Assembly (NCBI RefSeq): GCF_964194025.1
Contig: NC_134474.1
Span: 37,510,001 to 37,574,000, forward strand
Source: Convolutriloba macropyga
Taxonomy: Eukaryota
DNA: 64,000 nucleotides
Direction of reading: 5' to 3'
Below the pieces are notes generated by a model. That model did no database searches and was not told the DNA's origin. It saw only the letters and a program-made list of their open reading frames with translations. The number at the start of each line of letters is the position of its first letter. The first letter of the stretch is position 1. The position numbers were made by a program, and so were the translations under genes. Below are positions 1 through 10,639 of this stretch, piece after piece.

Positions 1-3000
1 GCATTACCATCTTCCCCTTTCTGTCCTGGTGATCCCGGTTGCCCTGAAAGTTGAGTTTTAAATCAAATTAAATTGAGATATAACTTGCACTCATTACTTT
101 TACCTGGAGCACCTTGACGACCGGGAGGTCCTCGATCTCCTTGGGCACCTTTGGATCCAACTGTTGAGCCTGCGTCTCCTCGAAACCCTTTGGGTCCTTG
201 CATACCAGGGTAGCCTGGCCATCCAGTTGTTCCCTGACTACCGGCATCACCGTTTAGACCTGGCTGTCCTATAGCAAAATTAATTATTTTCGCTTGTACT
301 CACTTGTTTCTTTGGGCTCAATATCCAATAACGAGGCAGCCGTTCAATTTCCATAGTATCACATATAACGGCATTTGCTGCCTTATGCAACCAATATTAG
401 ATCTAGATCAAACATGCTATCTATTCTCTTTTGCCCCCAGCTTAGTGGGCTTATAACTTTTACGCCCCCAGGGGCACGTGCTATCTTTACATAGTAACGT
501 GCTATATAACATTTAAATCGTAATTGGGGCATAAAAACATTGGGGGAGGGGCAGAATGGATCCCAAGCATGTGCAAAATTTAACGTGACCTTCATATCGA
601 AAAGCATACAAATCGTGGCATTTTTAGTTACGGAATCGCAGATTTTGTTTATCTGCTCTAATTTTGTGGTCTGATTCTTACTTGTGGATGTTGATCTTGT
701 TCCACAGTTTATGGGTTCCGTTATATCTTTGATATTTGGCTTTGAAATCTGATACTCACCTTGTAATCCAGGAATACCGATTGGACCTGGATATCCAGGC
801 TCTCCTTTTGGTCCAGTTGCTCCTGTGGGACCCATGGGAATGTCCCCCATTTCACCTTTTATTCCCATCGGACCTGGTGCTCCTTCGAGTCCCTTCTCCC
901 CTTGATAACCCCTAAGTCCGATTTGCCCTTCTGGTCCAAGTTCGCCCATGTCTCCCATGATTCCTAATAATTTACAAACTAGAATTGTGTTCCTAGTTTT
1001 CACGCACACTCAATAGCTGGTCGGTTTTTTTGTCGTTTAGAAGTCCTGTGTTAACTATAAGAGTTCATATAAATTGCGAACCTTTCAATCCAGTAGGCCC
1101 TCGTTGATCCATTAGAAACAGGCCAGATGCACCTGCTTCACCTTTAGTGCCCGGATATCCATGGTATCCAACATCGCCTTGTTCACCGATTCCACCTATT
1201 GTAATATTACCGTCCAGCTGTTTGATTTATTTTTGCATGAATGTATAACTACAGGTGATAATATTGTATCCTTGCCCCTTTACCTTGCCGTCCTTTGCTG
1301 CCTTGCATTCCCATGAGTCCTCGGTTACCCTGAGGTCCTATAATCTTCGAAGGTGAGATGTAAGTCCCGGGGAATCCCTTAAATCCTTCCATTCCTGCAT
1401 ACCCCGGATCTCCAGTCTCGCCTTTCAAACCTGCAGGTCCCGTTGGTGCGTTCAGAATATCTCCTGGGCTGCCACGAACTCCTTTTAGACCCCGGTCGCC
1501 TTGAAGACCAGGGTAACCCGTGTAACCACCGTCTCCTGGCTCTCCCTAAGTGAAAAAACTTTCTGGGGGAAAGACACTGGGGAGCTGTTTTTTAATCGGG
1601 TAGAATATAAGCTTGTATAATTGATAATTGAACCCCTGTATAATGGCATATAATGGTAATTGATGGTCGATTAGTTAGTTAGCTCATTCATGCTAATAAT
1701 CAATTTTCGTGAGGGGAGGGGTTTGGTCAAATGAAAACAGAATTTTTTATTGTTATGTTTATTTTATCCATGGCTTTGGAATGTTTATTCGTTTATAAAT
1801 GGGGCTTAATTAGAATAAAAAGTTAATGAATATAATTGAGTGTTCATACGTACTTTTTGGCCTTGCAAATTTCCCAAGTTGATTCCAGGGTCGCCTGTGC
1901 CACCTTTATTTCCCCGGTTACCGATAGTGCCAGTGGATCCTAGGTAACCGGGATGCCCTCTTTCCCCTTTTGTTCCTTGGATTATCCTCGTGACGTCAAC
2001 GGTTGCAGCTTCTCCAGTCTTGCCCGTTGCTCCCGGAAAACCTTGAGGACCAGGAATTCCCTGGCAAAAGCTTCTATTTAACTTTCAGTTCGTTTTGTGC
2101 TGTTTTGCAGATTTTTTGCGTCCTTTACTGTACCTTAGCGCCTTGAAGTCCTGTAGGACCTCTGTCACCTGGCATGCCTTGTTGACCAGGCACTCCTACA
2201 CAACCAGGAATTCCTCTGTCCCCCACAGGTCCAGGCAGACCCGGCAAACCTGCCACTCCTGGTTCGCCATATGGAGGCGGTGGACATGTGTTGCATTCTC
2301 CAATAGTACCTAAAGTTGTAATTTTAATTAGTTGTTAGCTTCGTTTCATGTTTTGGCATTTAATCTTACCTTTTGGACCAGGAATTCCTGTTGCTCCGAT
2401 TGGTCCGGGATAGCCTGGAAAACCTGGCCGTCCCTTAGGGCCAGGCGGTCCCTGCAGCCCCATTAATCCACTTCCAGGAACGCCTGAAAAGTTCGTCTTG
2501 TTTTCATGCTACTGTTCCCCATGGTGGCATAACGCTTTTTCAACTCTTCGCAATTTTAGCTTTTACAAAGATCCACCATCATTTCTATGCTGCCCGCCAA
2601 ACTTGATATATATCTTTACCTGGATTTCCGGGATCGCCTCTTGCTCCTTTGATACCGACTGAACCAGCGATTCCAGGTTTTCCCTGAGTGCCTTGTAATC
2701 CAGGGACAGATACACCAGGTAGTCCTTTGTCACCCTTTAGACCAATGCCACCGTCAGCTCCTGGTAATCCAGGTGATCCAGGAGTACCCATAGCTCCTAG
2801 AAAGCAGGAAACTATCGATGTATTACATAAGAACTTCATTCATGTCTATCTGAACTGAAACCCTAAACTTTGGCTACACGATGGCAGTTTTTTTCATCAA
2901 AATTATTTCCGATATTGTTCATTTTCAAAGATAGAAGGAGGAACTTTTCTGATTAGTTATTGCACACAAAACAATTTAACAGTCGAGCAATTTTGCGCTG

Positions 3001-6000
3001 AACCACCTAAAAGGCGGTTTTTTTACAGGTATATTAAAACCCAACAGTCGGAGAATATTCTTTTCTCACAGGGAAGGGATTTTAAAAACTCGTTTTCTGG
3101 AGCAGAAAGTTAAGGGCGTCACCGAACTTCTATTTTTTCTTTTTTTTTTTACTTTTTTTTTATTTTTGTTTTCTCAAACCAAATAACCCTTTTTGTCCTG
3201 TCTTGGTGACTATGAAATTGGAAAAGAGCAAAAACTAAGAATCTTTTTGTTTACCATTCCCTCTGGTGAAATCCTAAAAAGCTCATATTTTGGCAGTTAT
3301 TGGAATATTGAGTTTCTATTTCATCATTATCCCAAGAAAATTTTAAATTCAAAAATACTTTCATAATTTTTCTTTTTCTAAAGTTAAACATCAACGATTT
3401 GTTCACTATACATTCTACAAACATTAAGTATATTTCGTTACCCATATTTTAGTGACCTGTATCCAGCTGTTTTAACATGTTAAAACAGCTGGATACAGGT
3501 CACTGAAAATATGGGTAGCGAAATCTACTTAATGTTTAGAACTAGTCAAGAAATCGTTGATGTTTATGAATGCTTTGACATGATTAGTGAACTTACCGGG
3601 GGAACCAGTTTCGCCCTTCTGGCCATGGAAGTTCGCCCCCGGTGATCCGCTAGCACCTGGCCTCCCTGTTTGACCAATGAGTCCTCTGGGTCCTGTCATT
3701 CCTGGCTCACCTGTCGCCCCGTTCTCACCGGAAGCCCCAGTTGGACCCGGCAGTCCGGGTGAACCAGGTGGGCCTCGTATTTGGATGACATCGTCCAGCT
3801 TTTAGCGAATTGTATTCAATTAAATACCTAATGTTTTTGACCTGGCTGATTTATTCATGATTAGCAAAACTACCTACATTTAACGGAGGTCCTGGTGGGC
3901 CTGGCAAACCCACGGGTCCGGTGCTACCCATGTTCCCCAAATCACCCTGAAAGATTTTAGCTGCTGATTTATTAATGAAACGATATATTAGTCTAGGTAA
4001 CTTATTATCTGTTTAGGCGGAGGTTTCTGAATCTCTGGTGCGCACTATGATGCTGTTTTTGGCATTAGTCCTATTCTTCTGGAAACTAATGTGTTCAATG
4101 AACTAATGAAACTAATGAGATTTGTCTTCAATCGCTGAATAAGATTGAGTTTCCACTTGACTTAATAAATGAAGGATACCTTAAAACCTGGAGAACCGTA
4201 AGCACCGTCTCTTCCAGAAAGTCCATCACCTCCGGCATCACCACGTTGTCCTTTATTGCCCTGGCTCCCAGTAGTGCCGTCTGTTCCGCGAGTTCCAAGG
4301 TCCCCTCGTCTGCCAGGAAATCCGGGCAAGCCACTCAACCCTGCCGGACCAGGAATACCTGGCACTCCAAGATATCCAGCGTCACCCATCGATCCCTGAA
4401 TCAGAAATCATTTAAGTAGCAATCGGTTATTTCTTACTAGTTTTGTTCGATAGTCAACTAACTTATACTTGTCTAAATATTCTGGATCTTATTACTGATC
4501 TAGAATTTCTGAACGGCCTTCAAACTGATTGCAGATTGACACCGAAAATTAGGATTTTTTCATGAAGTTTGATGTTTGTTGATCAAAATAATGGCGACAT
4601 AGATCTTTCGTATTAGATAAGGATCTTTTCTTTAAAGTCATAAAAGTTGGGTACCTTTCTACCGAAGTCTCCAGGTGGACCTTTTAATTGGAGTTTTTGT
4701 ACTTCCTCCCATGTCCCGTCTGCCCCAGGTACTCCAGGGTAACCCATCTCACCCTTTTCACCAATGTATAAGGCCCCTGGTGAGCCCGGTAATCCCACAA
4801 ATCCAGCATCGCCCCTTGAACCCTAAGTTATTTTTTGGAATAAAATAAGGTCTTAAAACTAAATTACATTTCTTTGAGATTGAATGTCATTTTCCTAACC
4901 TTGACGCCGGTAAGTCCTGGTGAACCGCTGGCTCCTGGAAGTCCCCTTGGACCGGGAGAACCCTGGATTGTTAACATGATTTTTACTATTTGAATTCCTG
5001 ATGGACTCGAAAATAAGAATAACTGACCTGATCACCGCTTAGGCCAGGATCGCCATAGTCTCCTCTTTCTGGTTTTGAAACCGCAATTTTAGCTGGTTCT
5101 CCTTTCGGCCCTTTTATTCCGATCGAACCCTAGACAAGAAAAGTAAACGCCTTTACTGAAGGTTAAAACCTCTTGTGCTATGGTACTTATGATACGAAAA
5201 TGGATACTCTAACTTGTATCTTATTCTGTTCTGTTGCTAGCATTCCAACCCCAATTTCAATGGGTAAAAAGTAATGACCGTGAAACTTTTTAAGTCATTC
5301 TTGACCAATCAATTTATAATTTTCTTCGAAATGTTTCGTTTCCTCGCTAAAAGCTGTGCATAAAAAAGCTACTTTTACTTCTCTTTCAACGAATCATCAG
5401 CCACTTACTTGTGGTCCAACGTTGAAGCCGCTTGATGTTGATGTAGCAGGAATTCCCGGTTCTCCCTGAAATACAGCAGCGATTCACAAGCACTCATTAA
5501 ACCCCACACCACATAGTTTTTATTACCGCTGGGCCTTTGACTCCGCAAGATCCTGGGTTGCCTTGTTGTCCTTTGGTTCCAGGAATACCCTAAAATAATA
5601 TTTACAACTATTGTATATGCATTCAAACCTTATCACCATTTTCACTTTTCTTGAATTTGTTTGTGCCTCAATTAGATCTTACGGGAAGACCCTGTGCTCC
5701 AGAATGGCCTGGCAAGCCGTGCGATCCTTCGTCGCCAGTTATTCCTCCAATTCCTTCCTGGCCCCGGTCGCCTTTCACACCCTTTGCACCTGGAAGTCCA
5801 GGATAACCATGAGCACCTGGTGGACCTGGATACCCAAGAGGCCCTTGTCTACCGAAATCGCCCTGTGGTCCTCGAATGCTTTCACATCCACAGCGCGTAG
5901 ATGAGTAGCATCCACATACTTCGTTTGTTGAATTCTGAAACGTCGTCGGTAGTTGAAATTGGATTGCTTCCTGGGTTTTTCTTAAGTAGACCCCTATTTT

Positions 6001-6175
6001 CGGTATACTTACGATAATTGGGCGTCTATAGGCTCTGAGCTACTTCTAACTTCTACTTCAACTTCTTAATTTTAAGCACGATCATTGAGCTAACCATGTA
6101 TTGCTGCGCCACTGTTGTAAATATATACGATATGGTGATGCAGAACAGAGCGAAACCGTGCTGGAAGTTGACCAT
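1..6175 (-). CDS. COL4A: Type IV (basement membrane) collagen alpha chain, 5' portion, multi-exon; 3' part incl. NC1 lies outside the window
   Basis: Signal-peptide exon 6175-6095 ([27 protein letters not shown]|GT) splices in phase 0 to exon 5934 ([28 protein letters not shown]...), a Cys-rich 7S-like start, followed by [19 protein letters not shown]. About 20 short Gly-X-Y exons with GT-AG introns and frequent interruptions of the triplet follow, as in collagen IV. The alpha1-like vs alpha2-like class cannot be set without NC1. Confidence 0.88.
3385..3566. repeat. Loop-less inverted repeat (palindrome) in a collagen intron
   Basis: Perfect 54-bp palindrome 3451-3504 centred on AACA|TGTT. 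Imperfect arms extend to TAAACATCAACGATTT (3385) / AAATCGTTGATGTTTA (3566). Confidence 0.95.
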
Positions 6176-6535
6176 TGTAAGTCCGGCTGAAAAACGATGT
6201 GAATGATGTGAATGAATTAAAAAGCTTTATCTTCATCCTGCTGATTGTGCCTCAAAAATAGTATGCAAAATTTGAATTCATTGAATACCCAGTAGCATAT
6301 TAAGCAATTGAAAATTTAAGAACTACATAAATTTAAAATTCACGCGTACAATTCGATAACTTCGCTATTCTTTTTATAGACGGTTGGGTAGTATCATATT
6401 TGTTCTCCAATTACAACGATGAATTTCGGTGTTAAACAATTCTGCTTTTGACTATAATCTGCGCCCTAAACCATGCTGGGCATATAATATGTACATCGCG
6501 GGGAGAGGGGGGGTATACGTGTCCGGAAAAAGAGT

Positions 6536-6798
6536 CCCAGACAAAATAGTCCAAAATTGCAAAACAGTCGCAGACAAAATAGCCCCAAAAATTTCAAGAT
6601 ACTGACTCGACGCATTAATTAACAAAAAATTGTTACTATGGAATTCATCCAGACAAAAAATCAAACCGCTGCGCTTGGTGATTTTGGTTTTCGGACTACA
6701 TTCGAAGCATTATTTTAATATTAAAGCGGCACTTTCTTTTTGATTTATCTATAGATCGCTTTGAATGGGACGGTTTTTTTCGGACTATTTTGTCTGGG
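6536..6798. mobile_element. MITE-like element upstream of the collagen gene
   Basis: Exact 17-bp inverted repeat CCCAGACAAAATAGTCC (6536-6552) / GGACTATTTTGTCTGGG (6782-6798), with internal reiterations of CAGACAAAA. Outer ends and TSD are not resolved. Confidence 0.6.
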
Positions 6799-6926
6799 CT
6801 GTTATGTATGTTCATCGAGTAGAGTATATTTCCGCCTTCTGTTTATTTGAACTTGGGTAGTATTAAGCATTTATAGCAGCAGTTTTGTTGATGTTCTTCT
6901 TTGTTTGAGTACCATCAATCGGTTAG

Positions 6927-7163
6927 CTAAGATACTCTGGCAGTGCTTGGTCTGGCACTTCTGACCCGAGTGCTGTTTCTACTACTGCTGGGTTTTATAT
7001 CCGTCAAGCTGGCTGGAGAGTTGAAATCGCCCCCATTTCCAAGTTTGACCCCTGAGGTTCTAGCAGAAGAAGGTCTGAACTCAGAAGGGTAGAGTGGGAT
7101 GTGGAATCCACGGAGACATGGGGAGCCATCTAATTTATTATCTCCACAAGCACCGCAATCGTC
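6927..7163 (-). CDS. RING/TRAF zinc-finger protein, terminal coding exon
   Basis: Acceptor TTTCAG|GAC at 7163, phase 0. Reads DDCGACGDNKLDGSPCLRGFHIPLYP...RPSTARVS* to TAG 6929-6927 and completes the Cys/His motif begun in exon 1. Confidence 0.75.
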   Translation of the reverse strand, partial: DDCGACGDNKLDGSPCLRGFHIPLYPSEFRPSSARTSGVKLGNGGDFNSPASLTDIKPSSSRNSTRVRSARPSTARVS

Positions 7164-7440
7164 CTGAAATATGTTTGTTTTTTTTTAAAAATAAATATTG
7201 AATTGCATTTGTGAGACTTTGTTTTCATTAATTGAGTTTGTGAGACTTGCTCTAAACATTCTCGAGTGTTTCCGTCAAATTACGGTTAGTCACATGAAAG
7301 CTTTTAAATGAAAAAATAATTTGTTAAATCAACCATTAACTATTTCTTTTCTGTATGTCGCAGTTTCAGCAGCATCAAAATAAATCTTGACTTTTTGAGT
7401 ACTGCCATAAAAGCGTACACTAATTCTTCAGACCACTTAC

Positions 7441-8325
7441 CTCAAATAAATCCAAAAACGGCTCTCTGTGATATCTGCAAGCTTTGTCGTGATTCTTGGA
7501 TGGCTTGAAGTCCAAAGTACACCTGCGACAGCTTCGCATGTAGTCGTCATTCCTACTGGCCCTACTTAAACTGTATGCTGAGGTTGGTCGAGACATCAGA
7601 TCGTTGTAAATTGACCCGTGGCGAGGACTTGGGGTGCCGTAGCTTGAATACAAACGTCTGTACCGCAATGGTGTTAGACCTTTATATCTAACCTCGGCAT
7701 TGCGATTTACCTGTGCGGTTTGTATTCGGTCAATTTTCATCTCTTTGCTGTAATCTACGAGTGCTTTATGGTTTTTGCGTAGACTTTGAACATACTGTTT
7801 CTGAAGCAAATCTCTCGCACAGCGTTTCAGTAGCTGATGACTAAAAAGATTGACAAAAAGACACCGATGACCGCAAGCTTCGCACGACACTTCTCGATAA
7901 TGACAATTTTGTAGATGATCTTCGACGTTTTTGCGTTCAATTTTAAACCGGCAACCCTTGCTAGAATTTGGGCAAAGTAAAATTGTATTGGCACAGTATT
8001 TTTTGACATGAGTTTCCTTTTCTTTAGCGTATAAATGGCCCCCGCACTTCAAAGGACAGTGGTACTTAAGGCTATTTAGCTGGGCTTTGATTTGTTCAGG
8101 AAGATCCCGGGGTTCCGAATCCCATTCGGCGTCGCAAATTGGGCATTTCCGGGCAGCTGGACCAGATGCTAATTTCTTTCTAACACATCCAAAGCAAAAT
8201 ATATGTGGACACGTATTAGCAACGGGTTGCAGTAAAACATTCTGGCATTGGCCACAAATCAGCTCTATAGGTATTGTTTGTGCTCCGTCCTCCAAAACGA
8301 CGCTTTCTTTCGCAATTCCTGGCAT
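7441..8325 (-). CDS. RING-HC + TRAF/SIAH-type zinc-finger protein (RNF151/PDZRN/TRAF-like E3 ligase), coding exon 1
   Basis: C3HC4 RING (CGQC...CPHIFCFGC...CPIC) followed by TRAF-type fingers (CPLKC...H...C; CPNSSKGC...HLQNC; CEAC...H...C). Likely start MPGIAKES at 8325; an alternative in-frame ATG lies at 8460. Donor GAG|GTAAGT at 7441/7440. Confidence 0.85.
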
Positions 8326-9466
8326 TTTTAATACCGGCTGAGTACTCCAATAAACAGCAATTTGATACAATTTGAACACGCTTTTTATGAGCGGAACTTG
8401 TTTATGCGTTTTGTGTTGGTAATGACCAAATGTGAAGAGCTCTTGCTTTTGTGTATGCACAATAGCAATTGTGTTTTGAGTGATGAATACATTTTTGCCA
8501 AGAGAAGAATGCTACTAATACACTGTATACAACAAGGCTTTGAATTTGGTTCAAATATTTGAGCATTAGCCTTTTTTATTACTATAGTTTTTCGTTCGGA
8601 CGGCAATTTTTTGTATCGTTTTTTTGAAAATTAATGGAGCCATGCTTGATTATGAATAATTAACGGAGCCTTGTTTATTATTTGATGCTATTTCTGATGT
8701 TACATACGGTTTATGGCCTGTCTGGTCGATATAAAATTTTCATCAAAGTCTTAAATTTAAACAGCGATCTGAAGTCCGTGATATCGGCTACAAAGTCGTA
8801 TTATATGATTTTACAATAATTTGGCAATTCAATAGGAAATTGAATGGTCAAACTATTGGTGAATTGGTAAGCATTCTATAGAGCGAAACTATTTTTTAGA
8901 AAAATGTTGAAGATACAAAAGCGTTGTGATGTATTCTTTGAAGCTAGAGAGAAAGTTAATGTTTTTAATTGCCACTGTTGGTATTATCGTATGGCTTACC
9001 TGTTAGTCAGACGACTTGATGATGCAAACTCTGAAAAATGTAAAAAATACTTAGAATAGAAGAATTTCTAGCTAAACTGAGTTGAATTAGTTTGAATTAT
9101 TATTTCTTGTTGCAGAGGTCTAATTGAAGACGTTGCATTGTGCATTTGTTGGTTATTCTCCTTCTTTTGACGAAAGACAAGTGTTTTCTGTTCCCATCAG
9201 GCTTTTACTTAAGCTAACAACTATTTAGTCTTAAGTGGACTTTCTGTTTGCAATCCGTGCTTGTAACTTTGCTATTCGGTCAAATGTGTGAAAATGGTCG
9301 GTACAAGATGGCAATGTAATATGGGAACTATTGGGATATGTTGCTTAGACATTATATTCTTCGCAATGTTTTTACAGTGAGTTAATTTCAGATAGTTTTT
9401 GTCAACTTTTGAGCCGATCCATCTAAGCGTAGCACAGTACAGTGTTCTTAATATCAACTACCCACG

Positions 9467-9660
9467 ATGTCTATGCCCCTTAACCCAAAACCCTTCCTCA
9501 ACAATCTGACAGGGAAGCCCGTGTTTGTGAGACTAAAGTGGGGACAGGAGTACAAGGGGTACCTAATTGCTGTCGATGGGTATATGAATGTGCAGCTGGA
9601 CCAGACGGAAGAGTGGATCGATGGCAACTGCGCCGGAGCTCTTGGAGAAGTCTTGATCAG
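9467..9660 (+). CDS. SNRPF: Small nuclear ribonucleoprotein F (SmF), exon 1
   Basis: [44 protein letters not shown]...LGEVLIR closely matches SmF (Sm1 motif). Donor AG|GTTTAA at 9660/9661, phase 2. Confidence 0.96.
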
Positions 9661-9879
9661 GTTTAAATTTCCGCCGAGTTTAAGTCGACAATTTGAAGCT
9701 GTCGTATCTAATACAAATTTCATAGGGTACTATGAATTAGGCAATAGGGAAACTAGGGTATGCAGCCTTTGACAACCGTGCCGTGAAAGTTATTTTTGTC
9801 TTTGCTATACCATCAATCTAGTAGAAATAAAGAGAATTTTTCTACCAGAATTTGTTTTGCTCTAATGATTCCATAGCAT

Positions 9880-10580
9880 CAATAATAAAACTAAGTTAAA
9901 AACAAGAAATCAGGTACCGTTAAAAACAAGAATAAATCTTTTTAAATCACTAGTTTTGTCTCATTTAGATTTTAGTGCGGTTTTCAAAATTTACCATCTT
10001 ACTCTATTGACAGAATTAACAAACAGATAAACTGGGGCATAAAAGTTTGCTTTATGAAAACCAAATACGATACTGTCAGAGATCTACTCTTGGAGACTTA
10101 AAATTCTTCCAGCAGAGCTCCAAATAACACGGGTGTCATTAAATAGGTTTTTCAATATTCTCCAACAAACAAGAAATCGCTCTAATAAACATTTCAGATT
10201 TTTAGAAAACGAGCCAATTATTGCAAACTTACGAACCCATAACCTTTTCTTAGAAGAAAAATGGAGTAATTGTTCAATTGTTCGAAACTTTATTCGAAAA
10301 TGGAACACACTTCCAATTACAATTAGAAAAGAAACTTCGAAGACCAAATTTAAACAAAAAGTTACAGCGGAAATGCTTAAACTACACGAAAGAGTTCCAA
10401 TAGACAGAAGGGTTGCAGGATTCAAACATATTTTTTATTAAACCAATTTAAGGAAACCAAACCTTAGTTTGTTATGAATTAGATTGTAATAATAATGTAT
10501 GATTAATACATTAATACAATCTTAGTTTGTAATAATAATACAACCTTAGTTTGTAATAATAATGTATGATTAATAAATTT
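9880..10580 (+). mobile_element. 5'-truncated non-LTR retrotransposon (CR1/L2-group LINE) 3' end
   Basis: ORF2 C-terminus (QINWGIKVC...ILPAEL...KWNTLP...PIDR) is homologous to 13300-13858. Ends in short tandem repeats (TTAGTTTGTAATAATAAT). Confidence 0.75.
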
Positions 10581-10639
10581 CTAACATGTAACATTAACCA
10601 AGTGGTTAGTTTAATTTACATGTTTCAGATTTAAAAAAA

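Noticed and set aside
2095-5904. Plus-strand ORFs over collagen exons (and antisense ORFs over gag-pol)
   Set aside because: Shadow ORFs of the true coding strand.
9661-9772. C-terminal 36 aa of the 101-aa SmF ORF
   Set aside because: Intron read-through; the true Sm2 motif continues at 21725.
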